DNA of 63,973 nucleotides, counting the filler, from Acetivibrio sp. (GTDB lineage Bacteria > Bacillota > Clostridia > Acetivibrionales > Acetivibrionaceae): assembly GCF_035371925.1 (NCBI RefSeq). It is 7 parts of 7 records of this genome, joined end to end, with 100 filler letters (N's around TTAATTAATTAA, not from the genome) between each part and the next. Parts side by side here need not be neighbours in the genome. Positions count along the whole stretch, not along the records: positions 10,626 to 20,968 come from NZ_DAORXT010000100.1; positions 21,069 to 31,343 come from NZ_DAORXT010000101.1; 5 more parts are not named here. One strand, given 5' to 3'. A program made the position numbers and the translations under genes. Positions within the stretch are counted from its first letter, which is position 1; the number at the start of each line of letters is the position of its first letter. Of this stretch, positions 18,754 to 31,324 are shown piece after piece. The notes beneath the pieces are model-generated. The model was not told the origin of the DNA. It worked only from the letters and a program-made list of their open reading frames with translations, and searched no databases.

Positions 18754-20673
18754 TTAGCTCTTTATAGGTAATTCATCTATTTCTTTTAACAAATATCTTT
18801 TAAGAATAGTCAAATCTGTAGAACTAACTTTGCCGTCACCGTTTAAATCTCCAGCCTCAAGCCCGGCTTCAGACAATTCAAAACTCTTAAGCAAGTATCT
18901 TTTTAAGGCAGTCATATCCGTTGAGCTTACCTTCCCGTCCTGGTTTACATCACCGTATAAAACGGAGCCGACATCAGTTCCGTCCACAGTAAATGTATAT
19001 ACAGCTGTTCCGTTTCCTTTATTAAGCTCAATGGTCTTTACAAAAGGCGCTTTTCCAGGAACACTTACAGTAACCTCATATGTACCGTGGAAGCCTCTGA
19101 AATCGAATGCACCCTTACTGTCGGTAGTACCGGAAGTAATTGTGGTCCACTCCTTCAGCAAAGCTTGATATCTCTTTCCTGCTTCATTTACAGTCCAGTC
19201 CTGATCAACTATTGCGGCATCCTGTCCTCTCCAGTGGACACCTGCCCAATATCCCCACATTATAATACCGTCAACGGACGGATGGCTGAAAGCTATCCGG
19301 TAAAGGTTTTCAAGGTTTTCTGCCCTTTTCTTTACATCCGGTGTTTTAGAATCATATTCGGTTACCCATATAGGAATCCCCAAAGTCGCCAAATTATCCA
19401 GTCTGGCTTTTACAACAAGAGGGGCAACCACTTCATCAAAATGTCCCTGTACTCCTATGCCGTCTATCTCGGCACCGTTTTCCAAGAGCCATTCGATTTG
19501 ACTTATGTATGCATCACCCTCAGCATAAGTTATAATATTGAAGTCGTTTACAAAGAGCTTTGCATCCGGGTCCAGCTCCCTGGTCCTCTTAAACATATAA
19601 GGCCATATGGACTCTCCCAAACGGCTCTTGAAGAAATCACCGTGGAGCATCTCATTGTTTACGTCCCAGTGAAGGAATTTGCCCCTAAAGTGGGGAACAA
19701 CACTTTCAAGTCTTGCATCTATCGCTTTTAAAAGAGCGTCATTGCTAAGACCTTTGAGCCATGACGGCTGCCACTCTTCAGGCTCCCAGAATACACAATG
19801 GCCTCTTACCTTTATATCGTTTTCGGCACACCATTCATACAATCTGTCCGCATTATAATAAGAAACATTGCCCTGGCTGCTTTCGTTGGAGTACCATTTT
19901 GCTTCATTTTCAAACACTGCCCATTCATAATTGTTTTTGAAAAATTCGGTATAACGGGAATCATGCATTGCATTCATGGTAATAGCCGAACCAAATCCAA
20001 AATCATGTTTTACCTGACGAACGTCGAGGCTCACTCCCGAAACAGGTTTATTGCTTGAATCCACAATCTTTATTTTGGCATCCCTTTTTCTGATTTGCTC
20101 AATTCTGGCATTTGCTTCTTCTTTCCATGTTGCGGATGAACCCACTTTTGTTACTGTAACGTCATCAACATAGTAACTTACACCTGCCTGAGGCCCTTCT
20201 ATATAAAGTTCAAGGCCTGTAACATCAGTGCCTGTATAATTGTACGGCCCCGACATCCTGTACCATTTAGAACCGTCAACCGTAGCCAAAGTAATGGTGT
20301 CATACACCGGGTCCTTGCCGCTGTCAACTTTTTTCATGGATATTTTGACCTGGTGGCTTCCTGTCCCGGCAATTTTAACCCATGCCGAAATTTGATAAGT
20401 CATACCTACAGTAAGCTTGTCAAGCATATCCTGGGCTACACCGTTCCACTCCTGAGTCCTGTCCGTAACGAAAACACAATAGCTTCCGCCGTGTGCATCC
20501 GTGTCGACTGCCTCAATGGTACAATCTCCATAAGGATACCATCCTTCAGTGCTTCCCAGCTCAAATCCCGGGTTTAGCAAAAGATTGTCTTCTGCTGCCC
20601 AACCCCCCTCCATTGGAATAATGAAGGTTAGCATCAATGTAATAATTACAATTAATGTTGCTGCTTTCTTCAT
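18754..20673 (-). CDS. Cellulosomal endo-1,4-beta-xylanase: signal peptide, CBM22/CBM4_9, GH10, type I dockerin
   Basis: 'NLLLNPGFE' CBM start. GH10 'WDVNNE' (acid/base) and 'IWVTEYD' (nucleophile). Duplicated dockerin '[14 protein letters not shown]...[13 protein letters not shown]'. Confidence 0.95.
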   Translation of the reverse strand: MKKAATLIVIITLMLTFIIPMEGGWAAEDNLLLNPGFELGSTEGWYPYGDCTIEAVDTDAHGGSYCVFVTDRTQEWNGVAQDMLDKLTVGMTYQISAWVKIAGTGSHQVKISMKKVDSGKDPVYDTITLATVDGSKWYRMSGPYNYTGTDVTGLELYIEGPQAGVSYYVDDVTVTKVGSSATWKEEANARIEQIRKRDAKIKIVDSSNKPVSGVSLDVRQVKHDFGFGSAITMNAMHDSRYTEFFKNNYEWAVFENEAKWYSNESSQGNVSYYNADRLYEWCAENDIKVRGHCVFWEPEEWQPSWLKGLSNDALLKAIDARLESVVPHFRGKFLHWDVNNEMLHGDFFKSRLGESIWPYMFKRTRELDPDAKLFVNDFNIITYAEGDAYISQIEWLLENGAEIDGIGVQGHFDEVVAPLVVKARLDNLATLGIPIWVTEYDSKTPDVKKRAENLENLYRIAFSHPSVDGIIMWGYWAGVHWRGQDAAIVDQDWTVNEAGKRYQALLKEWTTITSGTTDSKGAFDFRGFHGTYEVTVSVPGKAPFVKTIELNKGNGTAVYTFTVDGTDVGSVLYGDVNQDGKVSSTDMTALKRYLLKSFELSEAGLEAGDLNGDGKVSSTDLTILKRYLLKEIDELPIKS

Positions 20674-20715
20674 AAATAAATCCCCCCAAAAAAATGTACA
20701 TTATTTTTATATAAT

Positions 20716-20742
20716 TTCGCATAATTTGACGGCTTTTTGACG
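20716..20742 (-). promoter_or_regulatory. Putative sigma-I-type promoter of the xylanase gene
   Basis: Minus strand GCGTCAAAAA-gccgtcaaattatg-CGAA, i.e. AAA-N14-CGAA, matching the sigma-I AAA-N13/14-CGWA pattern, about 40 nt upstream of the start. Confidence 0.6.
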
Positions 20743-20915
20743 CTCAATTTGGTTTTACATAAAGCCTTAACACTTTACACATCATATATGCTGCGCAAAA
20801 ATATAATTGAGAAAAGTAAATATTTTAAGCAAATTGAAGAAATAATCAAAATATAGACCGTTTTATTTGTTTAGTTTTCCAACATATTGACAATTATGTG
20901 TTGAATATAACAATG

Positions 20916-20968
20916 TATAATGCCCCCCATTGTCAAGACAATTTTTTTAGCTTTTCTAAGTTAGATTC
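20916..20968. mobile_element. End of a multicopy element (IS-like), copy 1
   Basis: TATAATGCCCCCCATTGTCAAGACAATTTTTTTAGCTTTTCTAAGTTAGATTC at a contig end; near-identical copies at 21069 and 31444. Confidence 0.7.
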
Positions 20969-21068
20969 NNNNNNNNNNNNNNNNNNNNNNNNNNNNNNNN
21001 NNNNNNNNNNNNTTAATTAATTAANNNNNNNNNNNNNNNNNNNNNNNNNNNNNNNNNNNNNNNNNNNN

Positions 21069-21119
21069 AATCTAACTTAGAAAAGCTGAAAAATTGTCTT
21101 GACAATGGGGGGCATTATA
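21069..21119. mobile_element. End of a multicopy element (IS-like), copy 2
   Basis: Reverse complement of copy 1 (about two differences). Abuts and truncates an ATP-binding protein gene. Confidence 0.7.
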
Positions 21120-21892
21120 CAACCACAGATATAGCAAGACGCGGCGAAATTGCAAATCTGTTTCAGGAAAACGGTCTTATGACCTATGAGACGGTGATAT
21201 TAAAGAATGTTGGCATGGAGGAGCTGGACTTCGGGCTTATCAGAGACTATTTTAAAACACTGAATGTCGTGAGCGACAATCCCAGTGAGCTTATTCTTGA
21301 GGCATTAGGTATAATCGGGCAAAAGTCCGAGGCAGAAGGATACCGTCCGACCATAGGGGGATTGCTGCTTTTTGGGAAAAATCCTTCCTTGTATCTTCCC
21401 CATGTTTATATAAAAGTCGTTTACAATGGAGAGACCCGGATGTTTTTCGGGAACATTTTAAAAATGCTCGATGATGTATCCGACTACATGAGAAGTATAA
21501 TAAAGGTAGAAGGATATCCCTTTGATGCTTTAGAAGAGGTAATTGCCAATGCCCTAGCCCACAGGGATTATTTGGATGTGAAAAAAGGGATTGTAATAAC
21601 GGTGACAGACAAGAATATTAAGGTCAGCAATCCGGGGGCCCTTATTGCCAACAACAGCGTCTACAGTTTCTCGAGAGAAAGTAATCCCGACAGGCGAAAT
21701 CCGTGGCTGTATCAAAGGCTTGTGACTTTGGATCCCAAAAGGAGATTTATGAAGTCCGGCTTGGGAATGAAGAGGGTAAAAAAATCCTTTGCCGAGATTG
21801 GGCCCGTCAAGTTTATTAATATTGGTTCCCAAAATTTGTTTAAGGCACTTTTGCCCGCTCAAGTAAAACAAGGGTTAAATACCGATACATGA
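21120..21892 (+). pseudogene. 5'-truncated ATP-binding protein (AlbA/Schlafen-RecG-C-terminal type), interrupted by the repeat
   Basis: The frame is open from the repeat junction (TTTDIARRGEIANLFQENGLMTYE...). Contains 'EEVIANALAHRDY', 'VSNPGAL', 'RRNPWL', 'GLGMKR'. The N-terminal domain is missing from this contig. Confidence 0.7.
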
Positions 21893-22039
21893 AGTTTATT
21901 TCCGGCGAAAAATTGAGTAAATTAATGAATTCGGAATGTATTTATCGACAATCGGCTCCTATCCCCGTAAAACGATAAAATTTAGGAAAAATGTATGTTT
22001 GATAACAAAATGGGTAATATAATAATATTATATTTGTGA

Positions 22040-22066
22040 TTAGCACTCACCTTAGGTGAGTGCTAA
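22040..22066 (+). promoter_or_regulatory. CIRCE element (HrcA operator)
   Basis: Exact TTAGCACTC-N9-GAGTGCTAA upstream of groES. Confidence 0.97.
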
Positions 22067-22096
22067 TAAATGAATACATAGATCAAGTTTAAATAA

Positions 22097-24099
<2,003 letters not shown>

Positions 24100-24118
24100 T
24101 TTGAACCATGTCAATAAC

Positions 24119-24149
24119 AAAGAGAGATCCTTTAGTAGGGTCTCTCTTT
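24119..24149 (+). terminator. groESL terminator
   Basis: AAGAGAGATCC-TTTAGTA-GGGTCTCTCTT followed by T-rich sequence. Confidence 0.85.
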
Positions 24150-24325
24150 ATTAATATATTTTTTATGGCATATACATTACAAAATTCACGAAACACTGGT
24201 TAATATTTACAAGATATTGAACTTGTTTCACAAAAGTTATAAAATATATAATATAGGCAATTCAGTTCGAGTCATATTCTATGTTCTACACTCAAATCAT
24301 TTTTTCTATAAAAAGGAGATTAATT

Positions 24326-25390
24326 ATGAGTGTTATTTCCGTAAGCAAAGAAGAATTATTCGGTATCATGCAATATACCAATCTTGTGCGTGTAAGATTT
24401 GAAAACGATGATGTATGGACGGTCTTACCGATACTATATGCCAGTGAAGACCAAGTCGATGTTTTGGTTGATGCTTCAAAAACTGCTTTAATTGACCATG
24501 CCGGCAGCAGAGCAGTTATAAAATTTCAACGAAAGGGCTATGAATACATTGTAAACGGTCATATTGACAGCAAAAGTACCGATGCTCCGGTGACAGTGAC
24601 GATAAAATATACTGAAGCAAAAAAATACTACAACTTAAGAAAACATATAAGATTTGATGTTGATATGAAATCCCAAATAAAAGAAAGGGAAAGCGGAAGT
24701 CAACCTCAAAAATGCGAAGCTTTATGGAAGGATGCTGCAATTAAAAACATCAGCAAAGGCGGAGCAATGTTTATTTCCGATACGAAATTGGATTTTAACA
24801 GTACAATTGACATCAAACTGATTTTCGACTCCGCAAAAGAAGTTATTGCATCTGCAAAGATATTAAGGGCTACGGAGCTTGGAAATGGTGAATTTGGCTA
24901 TGGAGCACAGTTTATTGACATAAGCGGGGAAGATAAAGGTATTTTAAATGCCGAGATATCAAAGCTTGAAGAGAAGTATCTAAGTTCCTTGAGTACCCTT
25001 AGAGAATACAAGAGAACTTCCGACATGAGGTTTGATACAAAAATTGTTATTTTCAGTTCCGATATCGATGAAAGCTATGATATCAGAGAATCCCTTGTAA
25101 AGCTTGGAGCAGAGAATTTTGACGTAATAAATAATTTTAAGTTCTACTTTGACTATCTTACAGAGGAAAAACCCAAGCTGGTAATAATTGATACAAACAC
25201 ATTGAATGATGAAGTTATCGATACGGTAAAAAACATAAAAACGGATTTTTCCGATATGAATGTTCAGCTTGTTCTTCCCATAGAACTTATGGAGGAAGAT
25301 ATACTTATAAGCCTTGCAGGCGAAGATGAAATTTTGTTCAAGCCATTGATTTATAACGAATTCGAAGATAGAATTATAAAGTACCTCTAA
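24326..25390 (+). CDS. PilZ-domain protein with a C-terminal receiver-like domain
   Basis: PilZ RxxxR 'RKHIRF' and NxSxxG 'NISKGG'. C-terminal 'KPKLVIID...EILFKP'. AGGAG RBS before ATG 24326. Confidence 0.75.
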   Translation: MSVISVSKEELFGIMQYTNLVRVRFENDDVWTVLPILYASEDQVDVLVDASKTALIDHAGSRAVIKFQRKGYEYIVNGHIDSKSTDAPVTVTIKYTEAKKYYNLRKHIRFDVDMKSQIKERESGSQPQKCEALWKDAAIKNISKGGAMFISDTKLDFNSTIDIKLIFDSAKEVIASAKILRATELGNGEFGYGAQFIDISGEDKGILNAEISKLEEKYLSSLSTLREYKRTSDMRFDTKIVIFSSDIDESYDIRESLVKLGAENFDVINNFKFYFDYLTEEKPKLVIIDTNTLNDEVIDTVKNIKTDFSDMNVQLVLPIELMEEDILISLAGEDEILFKPLIYNEFEDRIIKYL

Positions 25391-25423
25391 TTTTATTATT
25401 TTATATTCTCTGGGAGGATAAAA

Positions 25424-25951
25424 GTGGATATATTTGTGGAAAAAATAGTAAAGAAAAAGATGGACAGCAACGATATTCTAATTATCAGGGGCACAATAAC
25501 CTTAGCTGTCGTTTTGATAGGCGCAATAATATTTTTTTTAGGGCCTTACGGAGTTTCATTGTTTTTGTGTGTGGGAATTGCGTATTTAACTTATTTGATA
25601 ATCTCTTCAAGGAAAGTGGAATTTGAATATGCGTTCACCAACGGAGAAATTGATATCGACAAAATAACCAACAAGAAAGCAAGAAAAAACCTCATAAATG
25701 TAAACTGTAGAGAGCTTGAAATTTTCGCCAAAGCAGATTCCGAGAAGCTGAGCCGCTACCTTGAAGAAATAGAAGACAGGATAATGGCTGCAAGCTCTTT
25801 AGATTCGGAGGACGTTTATTGTTTTGTTGCAAAAAAAAGAAGTGATGATGAGGATAGTAAAGAATCGAAGAGAGTTTTGGTTTTTTTTGAGCCCAATGAA
25901 AAGATGTTGAAATCCATTAAGATAATGATACCCGGAAAGGTGCTCGAATAG
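25424..25951 (+). CDS. Conserved membrane protein (DUF6106-like)
   Basis: Two TM helices then 'VEFEYAFTNGEIDIDKI...RK'. Confidence 0.75.
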   Translation: MDIFVEKIVKKKMDSNDILIIRGTITLAVVLIGAIIFFLGPYGVSLFLCVGIAYLTYLIISSRKVEFEYAFTNGEIDIDKITNKKARKNLINVNCRELEIFAKADSEKLSRYLEEIEDRIMAASSLDSEDVYCFVAKKRSDDEDSKESKRVLVFFEPNEKMLKSIKIMIPGKVLE

Positions 25952-25980
25952 CCTAAATAAATAATCGAGTATTGACGATG

Positions 25981-26012
25981 AAAAAGGAGGTTAAACTAGA
26001 CTTCCTTTTTTT
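25981..26012 (+). terminator. Intrinsic terminator
   Basis: AAAAAGGAGGT-loop-ACTTCCTTTTTTT. Confidence 0.7.
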
Positions 26013-26085
26013 ATTTAGTGTCCGATTGATAATTTTGTTGTATAATGTTATATAAATAATTATTTTGTGATTACGGGGGAACAAA

Positions 26086-27837
26086 ATGAAAAAGAAAGTT
26101 ATAGGTTGCTTAGTGATTGTGCTTTTTTTTGCTGTTTTGGCGTCTATCTTGCTGGTGGGGTATAACCTTTATCTTAAGCCCAATGACAATGTGGTTCCTG
26201 CGTTTGCAGAAGGAGAATTGATCCTGATGGTGGAGGGGGAGCAAATAGCTTCGAAGAACGGCCCGAAGCTGTTGGAAGGTGAAATACTTCTTCCTTTCGA
26301 CATTGTTAAAGAGCATTTTGATCCTCATATTTTCTGGGACGAGGCTTTGGGGAAGGTCACCATAACCACAAAGGACAGAGTAATAAGGATGAAGACGGAC
26401 AAACTTGACGCAATTGTAAATAACGAACCGATAACCCTTAATATTCCCGTTACTGTGGAAAATAATGTAGTATATATACCTATAGAGTTTTTGGCTGAAT
26501 TCTACGGTATTGAGGTATCGTACATCGAAGAAAGCAATGTCGTTGTTATTGACTATAAAAACAGCATAAAGCAGATAGCCGAGCCGATTGATCCCGAAGC
26601 CGTTGTGAGAAAGGGACGCTCCATACGTGAGCCAATTATCAGAAAATTTGATTTATCCTCCGGAGATACTTCGAAAAATACTCTTAGGATATTTGAAGAA
26701 TATGACAAGTGGTACAAGGTCAGAACTTGGGACGGTGCCATCGGATATATCGAAAAACGCTTTGTGGTTGTAAAGAGAATGATTGTGGAGGAGATTTCGA
26801 ATCAAAAGGCTCTGCAGCCTGCGTGGACACCTCCGAAGGGAAAGATAAATCTTGCGTGGGATATGATATATTCAAGAAGGGAAGAACACTCGGCTTTAGG
26901 GGAAATGAAAGGGCTTGATGTCATTTCCCCTACGTGGTTTCAGGTGAAAAATGCAAATGGAGAGTTAATCAACAGGGCATATTCAAAGTATGTTGATTGG
27001 GCCCATAGCAAAGGTTATCAAGTATGGGCCCTTTTAAGTAATGACTTTACCGACACTGAAATGACAAGCAAATTTTTAAACAATACCGATGCAAGGGACA
27101 ACCTGATCAAGGAAATACTGGCTTATGCGGCATTGTACAAGCTTGACGGCATTAATATTGACTTTGAAAATTTGCATAATTCGGATAGAGACGTTTTTAC
27201 ACAGTTTGTCAGAGAAATTTCTCCTCTGCTGAGAGAACAGGGTCTTGTGGTATCTGTGGATGTGAATGATATAAAATGTTACGATAAAAAGGCATTGAGT
27301 GAGGCTGTGGACTATATAATGTATATGTCCTACGACCAGCACTGGAGCACAAGCCCTGTAGCAGGTTCGGTAGCACAGGTGAGCTGGCAGGAGAAAATAG
27401 TAAAAAGGGTTCTTGAACAGGAAGGAGTGCCAAGGGAAAAGCTGCTCTTGGGAATTCCTTTTTATACCCGGCTGTGGAAAGAGACAACTGATGAATCCGG
27501 CAAAAAGAAGTTGACCAGCAGTGCCCTTACGATGAAGCAGGCAAAAAACATTATTATCGAGAACAATGCAAAGGTTGAATGGGATGAGGAAAGCGGACAG
27601 TTTTATGCCGAATATACCAAAGACAACGCAAATTATAAACTTTGGCTTGAGGATGCCAACTCGATTAATTTGAAGTCATCCCTGGTGCACAAATACAGGC
27701 TTGCGGGTACATGCGCGTGGAGCATTTATTTTGTATCCGAGGATATTTGGGATGTGTTGAACAAAAATCTCAAGGAGATAGAAAGCTATCAAGAATGGTT
27801 GAATCAAAACCGAAACAATCAATATAAATTTCCTTAA
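26086..27837 (+). CDS. Membrane-anchored GH18 glycoside hydrolase with copper-amine-oxidase-N-like and SH3-like domains
   Basis: N-terminal TM. GH18 'VISPTWF', 'DGINIDFE', 'YIMYMSYDQH', 'LLLGIPFY'. Confidence 0.88.
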   Translation: MKKKVIGCLVIVLFFAVLASILLVGYNLYLKPNDNVVPAFAEGELILMVEGEQIASKNGPKLLEGEILLPFDIVKEHFDPHIFWDEALGKVTITTKDRVIRMKTDKLDAIVNNEPITLNIPVTVENNVVYIPIEFLAEFYGIEVSYIEESNVVVIDYKNSIKQIAEPIDPEAVVRKGRSIREPIIRKFDLSSGDTSKNTLRIFEEYDKWYKVRTWDGAIGYIEKRFVVVKRMIVEEISNQKALQPAWTPPKGKINLAWDMIYSRREEHSALGEMKGLDVISPTWFQVKNANGELINRAYSKYVDWAHSKGYQVWALLSNDFTDTEMTSKFLNNTDARDNLIKEILAYAALYKLDGINIDFENLHNSDRDVFTQFVREISPLLREQGLVVSVDVNDIKCYDKKALSEAVDYIMYMSYDQHWSTSPVAGSVAQVSWQEKIVKRVLEQEGVPREKLLLGIPFYTRLWKETTDESGKKKLTSSALTMKQAKNIIIENNAKVEWDEESGQFYAEYTKDNANYKLWLEDANSINLKSSLVHKYRLAGTCAWSIYFVSEDIWDVLNKNLKEIESYQEWLNQNRNNQYKFP

Positions 27838-27921
27838 TTATATGAAATATCACGAATATTTGGTCATTGTCTCAAATAGGATGGTATTAAAACTTGTATA
27901 AAAAAGGCAAGGGATATTCAA

Positions 27922-28878
27922 ATGAGCAATATAGGTTTGATACTGTTCTGTGACGAGAGGGATGATAATAAAAGGAATTTGTTTAAAAATATATTAGCTA
28001 TAATAAAAAGGCTTGTAAGTTCAAAGCTTTCCGATGATGCAGTAAAAAAAGCAGAGCTTTACGACGAACTTAATATTTTTATAATAAGACTTCCCTATAG
28101 GGTGAGCGAACTTAAAAAACCGAGCCGTTTTAAAATGCGAAGGCTTAAAAAAATTATAAAGAAGCTGTGTTCGGATTATTCCATTGAAAGGTGCTTTTTT
28201 CCTGCTAATCTGCCCGATGTACCGGATATTGGCCTGTGTATTAGAAATCCTTTCTTGGGGCATTTTCTTTATAAAGCATTACTGGTAAATATTTTAAAGA
28301 TGATTTCGGAGAAAAAGGGTAAAGATATAAGGGAACTTGGTGTTGCAATTTTACATGGAAACGAACAAAATATTTTGTATTTATATATGAAGATTTTATC
28401 AACTATTTCAAAGTTTTTGACGATAATAACTCACGAGAAGGAGTTAATTGAAAAAATTGCTGACGATATTTTTGAAGAGACGGGATTGGCAGTCAGGGTA
28501 ACGGATAATGTAATTAGCGGTATGGAAGATGCACAAGTAGTAGTGAATCTTACTGATTTATGCAATTTTAATCTTACCAAGAAGATAAAATCCGATGCAT
28601 CCGTTATAAATTATGGAAGTATCAACACTGATAAGATAAAGTTTTCCGGTACAATAATTAATGATGTTGATATTATTTTGCCGAAAAGATTTGAAGAAAT
28701 GATGGGAAAGGACATTTATAAATTTTATAAAAGACTGGAGCTGGCGGAAATTATTTTACTAAACAAGCTCAAAATTGGAACATGCACAACTTGCGATAAT
28801 GTCGATTATTCTGTAATAGAAGAGCTTGAAAGGCAATTTGAAAGCGACGGATTTAGCCTTGTTCCAGTTTTTGTATAA
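27922..28878 (+). CDS. Hypothetical protein (possible Rossmann-like C-terminal half)
   Basis: 318-aa ORF with an RBS; no clear catalytic motifs. Confidence 0.7.
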   Translation: MSNIGLILFCDERDDNKRNLFKNILAIIKRLVSSKLSDDAVKKAELYDELNIFIIRLPYRVSELKKPSRFKMRRLKKIIKKLCSDYSIERCFFPANLPDVPDIGLCIRNPFLGHFLYKALLVNILKMISEKKGKDIRELGVAILHGNEQNILYLYMKILSTISKFLTIITHEKELIEKIADDIFEETGLAVRVTDNVISGMEDAQVVVNLTDLCNFNLTKKIKSDASVINYGSINTDKIKFSGTIINDVDIILPKRFEEMMGKDIYKFYKRLELAEIILLNKLKIGTCTTCDNVDYSVIEELERQFESDGFSLVPVFV

Positions 28879-28914
28879 TTTGCATTATAAAAAACTTTTT
28901 TTGCTGGCAGGTTA

Positions 28915-28943
28915 TTGACAACATTGGTTCAGTGGTCTATAAT
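28915..28943 (+). promoter_or_regulatory. Consensus sigma-A promoter upstream of greA
   Basis: TTGACA-17 nt-TATAAT, exact consensus. Confidence 0.8.
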
Positions 28944-29211
28944 GAATAAAAATTGATTAAAATAAATCGTGTTTATGAGTTTATTGCAAGTGCAGTGATT
29001 TATAATATTGACGAATCTAATTATACTGGTTCCATTTCGTTTGTACTATTGATAGAAGTAATTTTTTATGTTCGTGGTTCCATGGCATAGCTTAAAGTGC
29101 TGTTATACCATTTCGGTGCGGATTGTATTTCAAGAATATCAATTTTAGAATAAATAAGAAGGAAATGCATATATTATCAACACGAAATTCAAAGTAAAGG
29201 AGAGGCTTCAA

Positions 29212-29688
29212 ATGGTAAATAAAGAAGTTGTTCTAACCTATGAAGGATTGCAAAAGTTGGAACAAGAACTGGAGAACTTAAAGACTGTGAAGAGAAGAGA
29301 GGTAGCTGAGAGAATTAAGCAAGCTCTTTCATTTGGTGATATATCTGAAAATTCCGAGTATGATGAGGCAAAGAACGAACAGGCTTATATTGAAGGAAGA
29401 ATATTTCAGTTGGAGAATATGCTGAAAAATGCCAAAGTTATAGATGAGGATGATATAAAAACTGATGTTGTGGGTATAGGTTCTAAAGTTAAGGTTTTGG
29501 ATATGGAATTTGACGAAGAAGTTGAGTATTATATAGTTGGTTCTACTGAAGCTGACCCCTCACAATACAAAATTTCCAACGAGTCTCCGGTGGGGAAGGC
29601 TCTTATCGGGCAAAAGCAAGGAAGTGTTGTTGAAGTTATGGTGCCTGACGGTGTTATCAAGTTTAAGATTTTAGAAATCAATAAGTAA
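29212..29688 (+). CDS. greA: Transcription elongation factor GreA
   Basis: '[16 protein letters not shown]', '[13 protein letters not shown]'. Confidence 0.98.
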   Translation: MVNKEVVLTYEGLQKLEQELENLKTVKRREVAERIKQALSFGDISENSEYDEAKNEQAYIEGRIFQLENMLKNAKVIDEDDIKTDVVGIGSKVKVLDMEFDEEVEYYIVGSTEADPSQYKISNESPVGKALIGQKQGSVVEVMVPDGVIKFKILEINK

Positions 29689-29747
29689 TCTTATATATCT
29701 TGTAATATTAATTTGGAATAATATATACTTTAAATAAGTATATTAGA

Positions 29748-29784
29748 AATAACAGTTTACATTAAATGTAAGCTGTTATTTTAT
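29748..29784 (+). terminator. greA terminator
   Basis: AATAACAGTTTACAT-TAA-ATGTAAGCTGTTATT followed by T-rich sequence. Confidence 0.8.
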
Positions 29785-29930
29785 TTATTATTTCTGTGCC
29801 TTGGCGAAGTGTTCTTTGCAAGGTTGCTATAAAGTTGCTATATATATAATATAGAGTGTATAATATTATAGTATATGTTGGACATTAGGCCGATTGATGC
29901 TACAGATATTAAGGAAGGAGGAATTTTTTT

Positions 29931-30245
29931 ATGTCAGAGGGTTTGAAGTTTGTTGAGGAAAAACTCGATGATTCAGTTAAATTAAGTTTGTTTGGCGAGG
30001 TGGATATTTATACTTCTCAAGAGCTTAAAGAGAAGCTTTACAGCATAGTTGACAACAATCAAACTGATTTGATAATAGATTGTAAGGAGCTAAACTATAT
30101 TGACAGCACGGGTCTAGGTATTTTTGTAGGTGCTCTCAAGAAAACCAAACAGTATGGGAAAAAGATTGTCATAACCAGCCTTAAGGACAATATTAAAAAG
30201 CTGTTTATTATAACCGGGTTGGATAAAGTTTTTGTTATTGAATAG
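29931..30245 (+). CDS. rsbV: Anti-sigma factor antagonist (STAS; RsbV-like)
   Basis: 'GEVDIYTS', 'YIDSTGLG'. Confidence 0.9.
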   Translation: MSEGLKFVEEKLDDSVKLSLFGEVDIYTSQELKEKLYSIVDNNQTDLIIDCKELNYIDSTGLGIFVGALKKTKQYGKKIVITSLKDNIKKLFIITGLDKVFVIE

Positions 30246-30257
30246 TGAGGTGAAAAA

Positions 30258-30650
30258 ATGAATTCTGTTTCTGACAAAATTGAGCTCACTCTGCCGTTTA
30301 AAGCAGAATATGTCAGTGTTGCGAGATTGGTTGCTTCAGGCGTGTGCAATCGAATTGGATTTGACATTGAAACCATAGAGGACATAAAAGTTGCCATATC
30401 TGAGGTTTGCAGTAAAATAGTCAGCATAGGCAGTAAAACAGCGGATAATTACACTATTGTATATGATATTACCGAGAATGCCTTAAATGTTGTTTATGTT
30501 TGCGATGATCCGTCTATAAAGTGTATATTCGACGAGGAAAAAGACGGTCTGGCAATAAGCATAATAACTGCATTGATGGACAGTGTGGTACTGTGTGATA
30601 AATCAAACAGGATAATATCCATGTCAAAAGTACTTGAGGGGAATAGATAG
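30258..30650 (+). CDS. rsbW: Anti-sigma factor kinase (RsbW-like)
   Basis: 'LTLPFKAEYVSVARL', 'EDIKVAISE'; lies between the STAS gene and the sigma gene. Confidence 0.88.
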   Translation: MNSVSDKIELTLPFKAEYVSVARLVASGVCNRIGFDIETIEDIKVAISEVCSKIVSIGSKTADNYTIVYDITENALNVVYVCDDPSIKCIFDEEKDGLAISIITALMDSVVLCDKSNRIISMSKVLEGNR

Positions 30651-30652
30651 TC

Positions 30653-31324
30653 ATGATGGACGATACAGTAAACAATAACAATGCTGTCAATGACAACGAT
30701 GAGTTGTTTAAAATATATAAAGAGACAAAAAGTGTTGAAATAAGAAATAAGATTGTCGGTAAATATCTTTATCTTGCTGAAATACTTGCAAAAAAATTTT
30801 TAAATAGAGGCATTGATTATGAAGATATTTATCAAGTGGCTTCTATTGCTTTAATTAAAGCAGTTGAAAGATTCGAACCCGACAAGGGCGTTAAGTTTAT
30901 TAGCTTTGCAACACCTACTATTATTGGCGAAATAAAGAGATACTTCAGGGACAAAGGTTCCGTTATCAGGGTTCCCAGAAGAATATATGAGGTTTATCAG
31001 AAAATTAACCAGGCCAGGGATTTTTTGACCCAGGAATTACAGAGGCCTCCTAGGATAGATGAGCTTGCAAAATATTTAAATGTCAGCGAAGAAACTGTTG
31101 TTGAAATTATTGAATCCTACAACGCTTATAATGTCCAGTCCTTCAATCAGAATGTGTATGCCAATGACGAGCTGGAGCTTCATGAAGTTATCGGCGATGA
31201 GGATACCACCTTCGAAAGAATTGAGAATAGGGATTTCCTCGAAAAAAGTCTTGATAAATTCAGCGATGTTGAAAGAGAATTTATAAATATGAGCATTCCT
31301 GTAATGAAACAAAATGATCTTTGA
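30653..31324 (+). pseudogene. sigB: SigB-type sigma factor, 3'-truncated (region 4 HTH missing)
   Basis: Regions 2 and 3 are intact ('RFEPDKGVKFISFATPTIIGEIKRYFRDKG'). After 'VEREFINM' the frame becomes 'SIPVMKQNDL*', 50 nt before the contig end. Confidence 0.75.

Noticed and set aside
20916..21119. Apparent long inverted repeat or hairpin centred on the N run
   Set aside because: The two arms belong to different contigs joined by the linker. They are separate copies of an element end.
26086..27837. GH18 DxxNxDxE motif as an inactivated chitinase
   Set aside because: This variant is usual in the spore- and wall-associated GH18 subgroup, and the catalytic Glu is retained.
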